From Lama glama (Eukaryota), in NCBI GenBank assembly GCA_028534125.1, contig CM052816.1, forward strand, positions 55,864,001-55,928,000: a stretch of DNA of 64,000 nucleotides, written 5' to 3'. Positions 40,813-53,197 of this stretch are shown piece by piece (within the stretch, counting starts at the first letter, position 1; each line of letters begins with the position of its first letter). Under the pieces are notes generated by a model. The model was given only the letters and a program-made list of their open reading frames with translations. It searched no databases and had not been told where the DNA came from. The position numbers and the translations under genes are program-made.

Positions 40813-40919
40813 AATGTACAACAATTAATACTTTATCGGAGTTAAAATTTGCAGGAGATAGGTGTATTTGCTTCTTATAAAATGTATGATTTTGAAATTC
40901 TATGTTTAATTATGTGCAG

Positions 40920-41022
40920 GTAACATATCAAGGGAAGGAGCTTTTAAAGTATGTTTCTGAGGAATTACCCACCCCTCCAGACCCAAACTTGGTACCTCAG
41001 CAACGTCAACCTTGTCCTCCAG
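40920..41022 (+). CDS. ANKRD31: ANKRD31 exon, end of RAMA-like domain plus Pro-rich linker (VTYQGKELLKYVSEELPTPPDPNLVPQQRQPCPP)
   Basis: Acceptor tatgtgcag, donor CAG|gtatgt; 103 nt, phase 0-1. Confidence 0.9.
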
Positions 41023-41089
41023 GTATGTGCAGTCCAATGCCCATTTCTTAGTTGTGGGGAAAATACACTCAAATCTCTGGAGAAGGCCT

Positions 41090-41760
41090 TTCACTTTTTT
41101 GTCTTTCTTTTTCATTCTGGTGAAATTCCCATAATATTCAAGTATCCATTTTAAAGTGAACAATTCAGTGGCATTTTGTATGTTCACAGTGTTATACAAC
41201 CGCTACCTCTATGTAGTTCCAAAACAGTTGTGTCACCCCGGAAAGAAACCCATACCCATTCAGCAGTTTTTCCCATTCTCCACTCCCTCCAGTCTCTTGG
41301 AACTACCAGTCCCCTCTTTGTCTGTGTGGATTTCCCTATGCCAAATATATCATATACATAGAATCATACAGTATGTGACGTCCTGTGTCTGGCATCTTTC
41401 ACTTAGCGTAATGCTTTCGAGGCTCATCCACAGTGTAACATCTGTCGGTACTTCATCCCTTTTTATGGCTTCCACAATTTATTTATTTATCCTGTGGTGG
41501 ACATTTGGGTTTTCACTTTTTGGCTATTGGAAGTAGTGCTGCTATTAACATAGGTATACATGTATTTGTTTGGGTACCTGTTTTCAGTTCTTTTGGGTAT
41601 ATACCAAGGAGTGGAGTTTTATATGTTTAACTTTTTGAGGAGCAGCCATACTGTTTTCCGTAACAACTGAACCATTTTACATTCCTACCAGCAATGTACA
41701 AGCATTCCAATTTCCCCACATTCCCACCAAACTTGTTATTTTCTGTTTGTTTGTTTACAG
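41090..41760 (-). mobile_element. L1 (L1MA/MB-like) 3' fragment
   Basis: ccattttaaagtgaacaattcagtggcatt..gggtatataccaaggagtgga..cattcctaccagcaatgtac. Confidence 0.8.
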
Positions 41761-42764
41761 CACTCCATTTAAACTCCATTTAACTTAAATTAGCAGAATA
41801 ACATCTTCCTTCACAATTCCTTTCTCTGAATCTATGCTGTACTTACTTTAGGTGGATTTTTAACTGTCATATAAAAGAAAAAATATTTTTTCCTTCCTGC
41901 AGGCATGATTTGGTTAGTTTCCCATATTTTCTTAAAAAAAAAGATACTAGCATAAATCTTTGCTTATTAGTGTAAACTAGTACAGCTCATCTGATGGAAT
42001 ACGCCTTCAGAAATCTGAAGACAATGTAGTCTTCACCAATCAGCCTCAGATTCTGACATTACTGGAAAGGGCAGCACACATTTCTGAAAAACAGACGTAA
42101 CTGATGTTATGTTATCCTTTTCTGCCACAGCATCTCCTCTTTTTCCCCCAGTGTCCCTGTCTTAGATTAACTGGGGACAATATATGAGGAGAGGAGATAT
42201 AAAACAGAAAATGATACTTCTGTGATACCCAGAGTCAAGAACCAAACAGGATTACTGTCACCAAGCCCCCTAAAGAGGTGTTTCTCAAGGTTATTCCTTT
42301 CCTTACAACAAATCCCAATAATTCAAAGTACTTTCCTAACTTTATACCTAATTCACCCTAACCTCCTGGAGTCCTTTGTCTGAAAAACTGGCTTCAGAAT
42401 AAGATGCATTTCCCCCAGTTTTCTAAGAAGAGACTCAAAACTGTTTTATTTATCATTTGGGGGAAACACAGAAAGTAAAATAGCAATTGCAGATAAGTTA
42501 AAGGGCTTAAGAAACTGGAAGTTGTTACAGGAATTCATGGTCTTTGGTTCCTTACCCTGACTGCAGATCTAATCTGATTTTAGTGATGGGCCCAGGAACC
42601 TGAGTTTTTAAAAGTGATTCTTAAACAGCTAGCCTGACTATAGATTTTGAATGACTAGTAGTATCTGATTTCTTATGCAGGTAATAATTTGAAATATCTT
42701 GCTATCAGCCCTTCACTTTGATTCCAGAGCACACCCACTCTCATGCTTGCAGACTCACATGCTC

Positions 42765-42810
42765 TCTCTCTCTCACACATACACATACACATACATACAC
42801 ACACACTCAC
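42765..42810. repeat. (CT)n(CA/TACA)n compound microsatellite
   Basis: ctctctctctctcacacatacacatacacatacatacacacacac. Confidence 0.85.
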
Positions 42811-43605
42811 GAAGGAAAGTTAAGCAAACCCTTTCTCCTAGTTTCTAACTCAAGAACCAAAGCAGAAAAGTTTAAGTTCTTTCTTACATCACAAAGGTTA
42901 TCTGCTTCTCAGATTTTCTAGTTCTAGGCGTGTATTTCCAGCCCCAGCCGTGCGTCTCCTTCCTCCGAGGGCTCCCAGCTCCCCTGCTAAGTGAGCAGGA
43001 AATGAAAAATGGGTTCTGAGTTGCTGCTTCTTTTGCCTACTGGTTCTTTGTTACTAATAAAAAGTTTTTTCCCACTAATTTCTCTCCAGATATCCAGAAT
43101 TTTCTTTCCTTTAGATATTTCAGAAAATTATAGTGCTAATTTGAGAACTGTAGAGGTGCCAGTATGCCACCCAGCTTCTTGCTACCTTGGCCTGGACCTA
43201 GGAATCTACAGACAGGTCCCTGCAGGCATTCTGTAGGCTGCTGTCAGAGTTTTGTTTGAACACCTTGATTTAGGATTCTTTTGTACCTGGTTTTGTGGTA
43301 CCTGACTGAAATCCAAAGACCAGGCAAGTTAGAAAAATATAAAATCTCTAACCTTATTACAAGCAAAGCATTCTGGAGAGAATATTTTTCCAAACTCTTC
43401 TGCATATCTGGTCATGGAAGTCGTGGCTCTGACACTGTACAGACCGTAAAGTCTAAAGGAAAAACATGTCCATGTGGATTTCATTACCCTACTCAAGATC
43501 ATGAACATATCTGTTCTCTTATGCTTTTTGATGATCACGCTTTTCAGAACAGTATTTTGGGGGAATAAGGGGAACTAGGAGGAGCTATTTACATTTTTCA
43601 TAACT

Positions 43606-43705
43606 GGGATAACCATGTATCCTCATTTGACCAGGGCAGTCCCTAATCCAGCAAAATTATTAGTAGCACTCCCTTTCACTTTAAGACCTGCTTTGTTTAG
43701 ATGAC
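43606..43705. mobile_element. MER94/MER81-type hAT-Blackjack MITE remnant
   Basis: gggataaccatgtatcctcatttgaccagggcagtccc..aattattagtagcactccctttcactttaagacctgctttgtttagatga resembles the recalled consensus agggtgaccata.gtcc.ggtttgccc.ggacagtccc..aattattaatagcgccccctttcactctcaaaagtgtccc.gtttggatga. Confidence 0.6.
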
Positions 43706-43757
43706 TCAGTACAAGAACCAAATAAATAGCTGTTGAAAAAAACGAAATTTGGACAAG
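43686..43757 (+). other. Cryptic or degenerate 72-nt cassette exon of ANKRD31 with an in-frame TAG (DLLCLDDSVQEPNK*LLKKTKFGQ)
   Basis: Acceptor ctttcactttaag, donor AAG|gtgaaa, phase 1-1. The translation resembles my recollection of a human ANKRD31 segment (..CLDDPVQEPNKSMFEKTKFGQG..). TAG at 43727-43729. Confidence 0.55.
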
Positions 43758-46700
43758 GTGAAAAAAAAAACTTTCAATTTTATCTACATTTTTAAGTGTA
43801 TAATTTGTAACATACTATTGTGCAAATATATTGTTAAGTCTTATGCATATCACTCTATATTATAAACAATTTCTAGTTATCTAATCTTAACCCCCTGATA
43901 GACTGAGATCTCTGAGTTCAGAGAGGTTTTTGTGGGCTCTTGCTTCCTGTTATATCCCCAGTGCCTGGCATACAGTCACTTCCCAGTAAATGTTCATTGA
44001 ATAAATGGATGATTGCGTGGAAGCATGAATATGATCCAAAGGACTGCTTATTTTAAAACTGGACTTACTTATGATTGTTCTAATAGGGAGACATACCTAG
44101 ATCCCACATGTTATAACAGAATTTGTGATGAAGAATTCAACAAATGGTAAATGGGCTTTTGGTTAGTTAATGCCATCTTCTTTATCTGAATTTTATCTCC
44201 TTTATCTGAATTTTTTGTTTCTAACTGTGAAGTATAAGTGATGGCCCTTCACATTTTGTCAACCAGAAATTTAAAAGAGAACTGTCTCTCCTCCCCTATC
44301 CTCCAGTTTATTTCTACATATCATTTTGGATTCATGGTATCAAGAAAACACTGAGTCATGAAGATAAGGGATAAAATGATTTTCTTCAGTAAATCAAAGA
44401 TGATGGATGAGTCTTATTCTGAGTTGTACACAAAAATGAGTTAAATTGGCAACTCGAGTTAATGTATTGATGGACTCCACGGTGTTAAAATGAGTTATAT
44501 TAACACATTTGAGGACATATATTGTTTCTAATGAAAGATTTTAAACATACCAACACCAGCCTTTAAAAATGAAGTTCTGTTGATGAAATGTTGATGAAAT
44601 CCCTGAAGTATCTCTCTCTCAAGTCCTTTTAAACTTTAAAATAGAGGGAGTCTATGATGCATTTTCCCTTGAAATTTCACAACTTCCTCCCAGGCCTCTC
44701 TTCTCTTTGCCTGCTTGGCTGTAGCTCCTCCTTTGTGTTATTGAGGGAATGTTTGTTGATATTTCAGTGTATTTAGGAAGGGGGAAATGAACATTCCCCA
44801 AACTTCTGGATAATTTGTATGGACAGTGACATATTTTTCACAAAGTTTTTTAAAAAAACAAGCTGTTTACATAGATTACATCACTATTTACATGGAAAGC
44901 CAATTTTGTGTTTTTGTCCCCTGTCACCATAGTACCAAGACACTCAAAGCACATGAAGCCAAATCATCTAAGCAAAAAAAAAAAAAAAAAAAAGTATTGC
45001 CTGAGGACTTTCTTTTCTCAAGCTATCATTTAATGCACACCGATTATATAATCTGTAATTTTCTTTCATGGGAACCTAACGTCACTTGTTCATTTGAAAA
45101 TAGAACACGCTTTTTCAGGAAAAAAATAGACTCTTGTTTATAATAAAAATGATCCTTTGACCTGCTGATAGTCTATTGTAAATAAATGACTCTAATGAAA
45201 GAGTTTTCTTCATTTCAGTGCTGTTATTGTGCTGCTTTTCTCTGCAAAAGTATATGTGATAGAACACAGACGTTCACAGGTGCTTCTGTTTTATGTGGTT
45301 AAGAACTTCTTGAACACCCAAGGAAGATGGGTGCCTGATAACAGAGCAGAGGGTGTTTATCTCAGCTCCTATGTACAACTCTTGATTCTTTTTCATTATT
45401 CTAATCATTTTTTTTCTATCTTGATATCTTGCATCTACTGATAAGGGAGGAAAGAGAAAAAAAACAAATTATCTCTTGAGCACTTGCCATGTGCCAAGCC
45501 CCCTGCCAGATTATTTTACATATATTAAGACAAATTAGAAGCTTCTTTTTAGTTCAGTCCAGGGTTCATGTCTATACAGCAGAGATGTAGAAAACCTGAA
45601 GACTTTACATATAAAATCAAGTGCCTCAAACCCAGTTCAGCTTAAGGAACTACCTGTTAATTTCAGTTTTCCTTTGAACAATGAGGGCCTAAATAGTTTT
45701 AAATTTCCTAATATAATGGTCAAGTCTATTTCTTAATTCCAGTACAGTTTTCACAGATGGCTTTTGATTTTATGAGTGTAAATATTTGCCAATTATTAAT
45801 TTAGTTTTAAATATCAAATCATGTAATACTGTTGTCATCATATATATACTTTAGGATCCTTCATTTATCAAAAGGCATTGAACTTTGTATTTAAATAGCC
45901 ATAACAGAATGTTTTCCCCAGCATAACTAGAGCAGATATATTTTTACAATCTATTAAAATAATTCTTAGTCATTTTGCCTTTGATTGGAATTGTATTTCT
46001 AATTGAGAATGAGAATGTATATGTATGTTCATTTTCATTTAAAACTAGAGTAACATTTCATTCCATTATCTTAATGAAGTGTAGAATGCTTAGTTTGCAA
46101 GCATAAGTTCTTGACGTCTGAGTTCAGTCATTTAAAGTTAGAAGTAAACCTAATATATCAGCTTGCTTTGAGCCTGTTTTACAGTTGATGAAACTGAGAA
46201 CCAGAGAAGTAAAATGGGTAAGGGATGTGTCAGAAGTGAACCATCAGTTAAAATAATGAATCTGATTGTTTTTGCTTTTGATATATTAAGATAATTTAAA
46301 AAAACAGGAAAAAGAACAGTAAAAGTTAAAATTATTTTTAACCTAACCAATTAGTTTGTCATTTTGAAGTGCCCATTTGGGCAGCCAGATGATGTGAATA
46401 GTTTCCTGAGCCCATCATTTTGTCTAGTAATGAATCTAACAATTCAGTTTCAGCAGACTTGCGCAGGATATCTAATATTTGATGATATTACTTGAGGGAG
46501 ATTTATTTCTCCCTACCTTGTCTACGAGCAGAGTGGTTCCTAAGCTGTATATTTCCTGTTGGGGATTAGGGATGACAAGAAGAGACTAACATCTGGTTAA
46601 ATAGCTATCTTCCTAGTTGTACTGGGCTTCTAAATGTGCTGCTGTTTAGAAGTTCTATTTACAGATCTCAAAGGCCACTGACTTTGCGTGGGGAATCTAC

Positions 46701-49674
46701 CTCAAGTAAAAGCGGAAATTAAAGGGAGAAGGGCTCCTACCCAGCAGTGGGATGAGTTGGTGGTTTTCATGGTCCTGATGGAAAAATTCTTTATCACAAA
46801 GCTACGAGTAGGTGTCCTTCGTTACCCTCACAAAGATGATAACTCTTTGACCAAATAACAGATTTACTATCTCTCAGGGTTCTAATTTCTCCTTTCCTCA
46901 TTCACAAAAATCTTTTCAGTGATAGAACTTCTTTTTAAATCCTCCTCTTTGTCCTTGTTTCCTTGAGACTCCAGAGCCAGGAGGTGTCTGGCACCTTAAG
47001 CAAAGCTAGACTTCTGAGCACTATTCCACTTAATGCTCCCCACAGTGAGGACTGGGAAGAATGAACAGTAGATATTCTCAGACTGCTGAAGACTGTATGT
47101 GTGTATTTGCTCCTGCTGTGCTACAGTGATGTACCTGTCAGTTCATATTGCTACAGATCACAGCCGCTTAGTTTTTCTAAGATCTTTCCATGGAACAGTA
47201 ACAATTACTACTGGACCCAAAGTAAAATCATTTCCTATAAAGTCAGTTTAAACGTTGTACATGCAATGTTTGAATCTTGCTGCCTCATTCCCTCTCAGCT
47301 CCCGACCTCCATGACAGTCAAGGCTGGGGTAGAAGCAAGGCTCCAATGTTCGGGAGCTTCCAGTCTGGGAGCAGATCTTTTAATTGTGTCCTTCCCACAG
47401 TCCCTTTATCTGTGCCCATCTCTCCTCACTGGCCCAGGGCTTGGTGGGAGTAGTAAGGTATGCAGTGAGAGTATAGACTGGATTGGTGGGGGAAACTTTT
47501 GTTCACTCCTCTTTTATATTTAAGTGCCTTATTTTGTACAGCCTGTTAAGTTAATATTAAGTAAGTATATTGAGTCCCATAAATGAATTATTAAATCAAA
47601 AAAATAAAATCTAAGTCTCAGTTTCCTAACTACTTGAACTCTTTCCCTTTCTTTTCTGACATGGTTGTACAAGGATTCAAATATAGAAAACTGATGGGCA
47701 GATGTAGGATATTGTTATTAAAACACAGAAACAAATTATAGAAGGATATACTGTATCCTGGGTTGTTAGCACTGGTTACCTGGGCAGGAGGGGAGATAGG
47801 GCAGGGAGAGGGTTACAGGAAGACCACACCTGCAGGCCACATTCAGAGTACATACAAAGGTAAGAGACTAAAAGACTAAAAACTCAAAAAGCCCTAACGC
47901 CAGGAGACATGCAGAGTGAGCCCAGACGAGGGCCCACAGAAGAGAATCTCAGTTCTAGAACTATGTCCTTAGCTACAGTAGTAAGATTATTCTTTATTTC
48001 TCAAAAGACTCATGATAGAACCCACAATATATTTTCACTTATTTAAAGTAGATGTAATACACTGCATGTATGTTTCATTTTTTAAGAAAAGAAAAAGTAA
48101 AGAGTTTTAAAAATATTACATACTGGCACTCATGCTTTCAGGTAGAGATATGTGTAGATATGGAGAAAAGGTCTGCTCAACTTCGAAAAAGGAAGAAAAG
48201 TTAGTGAAGTTCTTTGGCTTTAACTTTGCTGGATGTTACTTGCCTGGAATGATCCAAATAATTTTGAAGCTCGTACTATTATGTAATAAGATAACCTAAC
48301 AATTGTATAGTTAATTTACACAATTCAAACTGGGATCATAAATTTGTAATCAGTTTGCTGTATTAGATTTCCTTTTATGGGGATTATCCTGTTTAGCACA
48401 GTTTTCTGTATGTATGTGCTTTTTGATTTGTTGCCCACCTCATCCCGATATATTGGGAATTGTGGATAACAACAAAGAAGTTTGGAAGCTAGAAGTAGTG
48501 GTCAGCCAGAGGTGCCAGGTCCTGGCAGCACTGACTGGAATGAAATGGGTGGGAATGCAGTGCAGGATGGAGTTGAGAGATACCTAGTACGGAAGAGGTG
48601 GCAGAGAAGGAAAAGGCAGCAGAAGATGAGAGATAAAGGAGATGAAAACAGGTGTTTTGTAAAAACCCTCTTTTTTTTCTTCCAGTCTGATCATTATGGA
48701 AAAGAAGCTATTCTGTGAGAAACTAGGAGATAGTCATAATACTATGTTTTGTAGTATGATATTTATGTTCCCAGACTTCACGTCCATGGGTTTACCCAGG
48801 GAGTGGCACTTTTTCTCTTACTGAGGAGCCACTTGCAGTTTTCCTAAAGTCCTGTAATTGTAGGGAATTTGGAAGTGTATTATGCTGACAGTGAACCTGA
48901 GTGCGTATGGGGATGGGATATTGGCTGTCATGACCTCTGTCCCTTTGAAAGAGAAGCCATGTCAATGGCCACTAGGTAGAATATCAGTCAATATATATCA
49001 TGTGGATATATCATGAGTAACATGTTGAGAAAGTTATAAATCAAAACCATCACACCCTTCTGGCTTTAATGATGAACTCAGCCCTGTTAAAAGAAGAAGG
49101 AGAAAAAAAAAAGGAGGTGAGCCTAAAATGGTCCCTTTTTCTTAGTTTTTTATAGCCCTTAAGGGAGAAAGCCCAGATTCATCTACAAGCAAAACTAGTT
49201 TGGAGTACAAAGCAATATTGAGTAACACTTTACAGTTTTACAGAAAGCTTTCACATTTGTGGTATTTTCTCATTTGACAAAGGTCAGTGACGGGAATGGT
49301 AAGGCAACAGGAAAGAAAGGTTTAGCATTAGCATTGCTTTATTAAAAACTCCACTTCTAGGAGTTACTCGATTAACAAATGTCCATCTGAAAATGTTGTT
49401 TTCAGACAATTTTGTTATATCATCTTAAGCATCCCAAGTTTGGGCCACTGTTTCCACTGTGTCAGTTGGGAAGATGGGCAATTTGCTTCCTCTGGAGCTT
49501 CTGCTTACCATCTGCAGTTTCTTGGTGACCTTCTCTATGTGAGCACTATGGTAATAATTTCTGGTTACAAATAAGATGAAGTTCATCAGGTGTCCCTGGC
49601 CATCTCTTACAGGCCATCTCTTACAGGTCTGTGACTTTTGAGGCAGGACCCACTCATTGAAGGAGACAGTAGGT

Positions 49675-49718
49675 TTGTGTGTGTGTGTGTGTGTGTGCAC
49701 GCACGCATGCGTGTGCAT
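49675..49718. repeat. (TG)n microsatellite with alternating purine-pyrimidine extension
   Basis: tgtgtgtgtgtgtgtgtgtgtgcacgcacgcatgcgtgtgca. Confidence 0.85.
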
Positions 49719-51379
49719 ACAGATCCATCCTTGCTCTGATGAAACTAAGCCAAAATTAGCAAAATGAATTTAAATTAATATTTAAAACCTTATTTCCGTG
49801 GGTTTTTCCTGAGAGAATGCTTTCCGCTTCCAACTTTTGTGGCATACCTTGTTTCTGATAGTCTACAAAACAAAGCTACTAATTAGGGAATGTTTGTGTT
49901 TACATATGGACCATATGTAAGAAAGGTAAAATTCTTTGGGTTGTAGATAACAGTTTAAAACTCAAATTGGACTGGTTTAAACCGCATCCCCCCAACCCCA
50001 CCCCAGAAGTCACATGCATTGTTGACTCACGTACATGAAAGACAAGGAGTAGGTCTTCAGGCTTAAGCCAGGGTTCAAACAGCATGACTGAGCACACAGT
50101 TTCTCTTGCTTTCAGTTTCCCAGCTACATCCTAGCGGCCTCTGCTCTCATCACCCCAGTGCTACATGCTTCCAGATCCAAGTCCAGAGGTGGGGGAGAAT
50201 TTGGATGTGACTCTCCTAGAACGTGCAACAAAGATCTCATTGTATCTCACTTCACTCTGAATGGGTCATGTTCTTACCCTGAATCAATGCCTGTTTACTG
50301 ATGGGCTTATATCTAAACAAATAAGGAGTCTGATATTGAAAGGCAGAGATAGTAAATAATATCCCCCAAACTGAGAAGGAACTTTAAGACCAAAAAACAA
50401 AGCAGGCAACTCCTAAAGTGCAGTTATGAAGTTTACTGTGGGTAACTTACATACAGGCAGGAAGGATGAGGCAGAGACATTCACAGCTGCACTGTGCCTT
50501 CTAGAGGGGTACAAGGGGACTTAAAGTGATCAAAGCTAAAAATAGAATCTGACCATGAGGGAGGAGCACGGTTGGTCTGCATTGTTTTCCTCTCTGCCCT
50601 TCCCCAGGGGTCTCAAGACCATTAAATAATCTGCATCAGCAAAAGGCATTCTTCCAGTTGTCATATCAGATGAAGGCAAGGGTAAAAGTTGTTAGGGAAC
50701 TGATCTGGCTAGGGCGCATTCCTTGTGAGTAGGCTGAAGTTCACTCATGCATAAAGGGGAGAAGGTAGGACTGCAGGCCTAAGATGGAGCTGACAAAATG
50801 GAATCAGAGTGGTTCAGCCACACAGCTGAGAACAATAACACCAGAAGTATATGGGCCAGGTGTTGGGGAGAGGGATGGTCCTCCAGAGGCACATTAGGGT
50901 GGAATCACCATTAAAAGAATAAGTGGATACTGGGCATCAGAAACAAAAGATATCCATGCAGATACAGAATTATGTAAACATATTTGCACTGCTTAGAGTT
51001 ATGAACAAAGAAAGGTCTTGGGCTATATAGTATAACTGAAACTGCCTGGCCGAGGTCACACATACAGTATATTGGTGCTATCCGTGGAATAAGATTCAGT
51101 CAGCTGAATGATGTATAGCTTATATAGACATTCTCCAAAAAAGAAGTCTCTAAGACTGTCAGGGAGCTTAAAGAAGCCAGTTTTAGAATCATCAGTTCTT
51201 AGAATCATCAGTTCTTAGACTGGCAGAGCTAAAAGGGACCCTGTTGATCATCAGCTTTCTTACCTCTCAGTGCAGATAGAAGTCTAGAGAAGCCATTAAA
51301 CTTGCTTGAGATTGCAACCAAGTTTGTATGTCCTAGAAAATTGATTGTCTTCCAGCCTAACACTCTTTTCAGTACTGAA

Positions 51380-51525
51380 TAATGATGATAATAGCAGCTG
51401 ATATTTATTGTTTGCTCTGTATTAGGCAGTAACCAAGCATTTCACATGAAGTATCTCATTTAATCTTCACAACTGTTTTATTCTCAACTTGCTGGAAATT
51501 GAGACCCAGGGAGGCTTAGTGTAAC
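51380..51525 (-). mobile_element. MIR fragment abutting the LTR insertion
   Basis: atatttattg..tatctcatttaatcttcacaac..ggaaattgagacccagggaggcttagtgtaac. Confidence 0.6.
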
Positions 51526-52788
51526 TGTCAGCAGATGGAGGGACCCCAAAATTAAGGAGCCCACCGAAGTGCGGGTCCTTGTCACCGGCTGTGAAAGAAT
51601 TTGCACAGCAGAGGCAGAGGGACGCAGTGAACAGCCACTTTATTGCTCGGAAGGGGAAATGGAAGAAAAGATGCTCAAGCAGGGAGCCATCAGCCAAGAC
51701 GGCCAGTAGGATGGCTCTGGCCTGGGTCCAGCCATGTGGACTTGTATGGGGAGGCTTCTGCCATCATTCCTCCTTCCAGGTGTGATGGAGCCAGTCAGTC
51801 CTTGTACGGGCTTTTCAGTCCTTGTATGGACTCTTCCAGTAGTTGTCGCAGTAGTCGTCAACTGTCGTGGCGCTGGTGGGTGTATCATTTAGCATGCTAA
51901 TTAATACATTACAGTAAGCATATAATGAGGCTCAAGGTCCACTGGAAGTCAAATCCTCGACCATCTTTGGCTCCATGGGTTCTAACCTGTTCTTGTCCCT
52001 TCTCTGCAGCTGCCTCCTGAGACTTAGATTAAGAGTAATTGGTTTCTAGTCAAGGGAGAGGCGAGATCCTGGGGGCAACAACCTTGGCAACAAGAAGGAA
52101 AGTTGCTTTTAACCAGAATGGCTGCAATCTGGTGGATCCAGCATACCCCCCCCCCCCAGATCTCCAAAGATTCTGTTCAGCCCTGGAAGTTCTCAAGGGA
52201 ATGGGGGAGTAATGTCATTTAATCGTTGAGATAGGTGGTGAGAGTTGTCGCCATTCCCCAGTGCCTGCGGGCTTGTCCTAATCAACTGCTTGAGCCTGCT
52301 CTTGTAAGACTTATGGAGGCCTGGGAGGCTTCAGCTTTTCTATAAATAAGGGGTGGGGGTGGGGTGGGGGGCTGACAGGGTCCTTCTCCCTTTCATAACT
52401 ACCTTCAGAAGCATCAGTTATCCTTTTCTTGCCTTCGTGTTTTAGACTGCAAACGCTTTTTTCTCCCAAGATTGGTCAGTGCTGGTTTATAGCCTTTTCA
52501 TGGGTATAGAAAATGGTGTGAGTGAAGAATGAGCTGGTTGGAAGTCTGTTATGGGAGGAGGCAAACATTTGGGCTCATTGAATTCATCCCTTTGACAAGC
52601 ATCTAGCTATCAAGGGCCAGTAGCCTGTCCTTTCTTATTCTGAGTCTGCTCAGTGTGCACCATCGTGAGTGGCTGCAGAGGCTGGGCTGCCGGCTTGTCT
52701 TCACTGGGGGGTGGCAGCAGCCACTGATGACTTGATGGTTTCAGCATTCTTTGTTTACTGATACGGTTTGCAGTGTTTTTCGTTCACA
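51526..52788 (-). mobile_element. ERV LTR-derived block (probably two joined or nested solo LTRs)
   Basis: GC-richer block with TG...CA termini, a reverse polyA signal (tttatt near 51640), reverse TATA/CCAAT-like motifs (tttatag, gattggtc) and an internal ...ggcaaca end at ~52092. Confidence 0.65.
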
Positions 52789-52861
52789 GGTTTGCAATAA
52801 GTAAATTTAAATCGTATTTTTTCAAAGGCAGTTTTTAATTTGTCGATACTTCTTTAAACAG

Positions 52862-53007
52862 GAATGTCCGGAGAGTCAATGCAAAGTATCCCACATTACC
52901 TTCAAATAAATGAAATACTGTTAGTCAGCGAACAAGAATTTCTCCCATGTCATATAATGGATGAGCACTGGAAGTTTTATGTGGAATGTGAGGAGTTAAC
53001 ATTCTGA
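52862..53007 (+). CDS. ANKRD31: ANKRD31 terminal coding exon, REC114-binding C-terminal motif (GMSGESMQSIPHYLQINEILLVSEQEFLPCHIMDEHWKFYVECEELTF*)
   Basis: Acceptor ttctttaaacag, phase 1 as required; matches the recalled ANKRD31 C-terminus (IPHYLQI.EIL...QE.LPCH.M..HWKFY); stop TGA at 53005-53007. Confidence 0.95.
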
Positions 53008-53197
53008 AGCCTTGTTTTCTTAATAGTGTTATTAGGTATTTTTTCATATTACTAACCAATGTTCGTATTTTGTCTTGTATGGGCTGGTGGGCCTAACACA
53101 CACTTTAAGAGTTGCTACTTAAGATGTGTGTTTACTGTTGTAAGAAAAAATATAACTTTCCAACTATTGTAGTAAGATTAATACTTTTTGTCATTGA

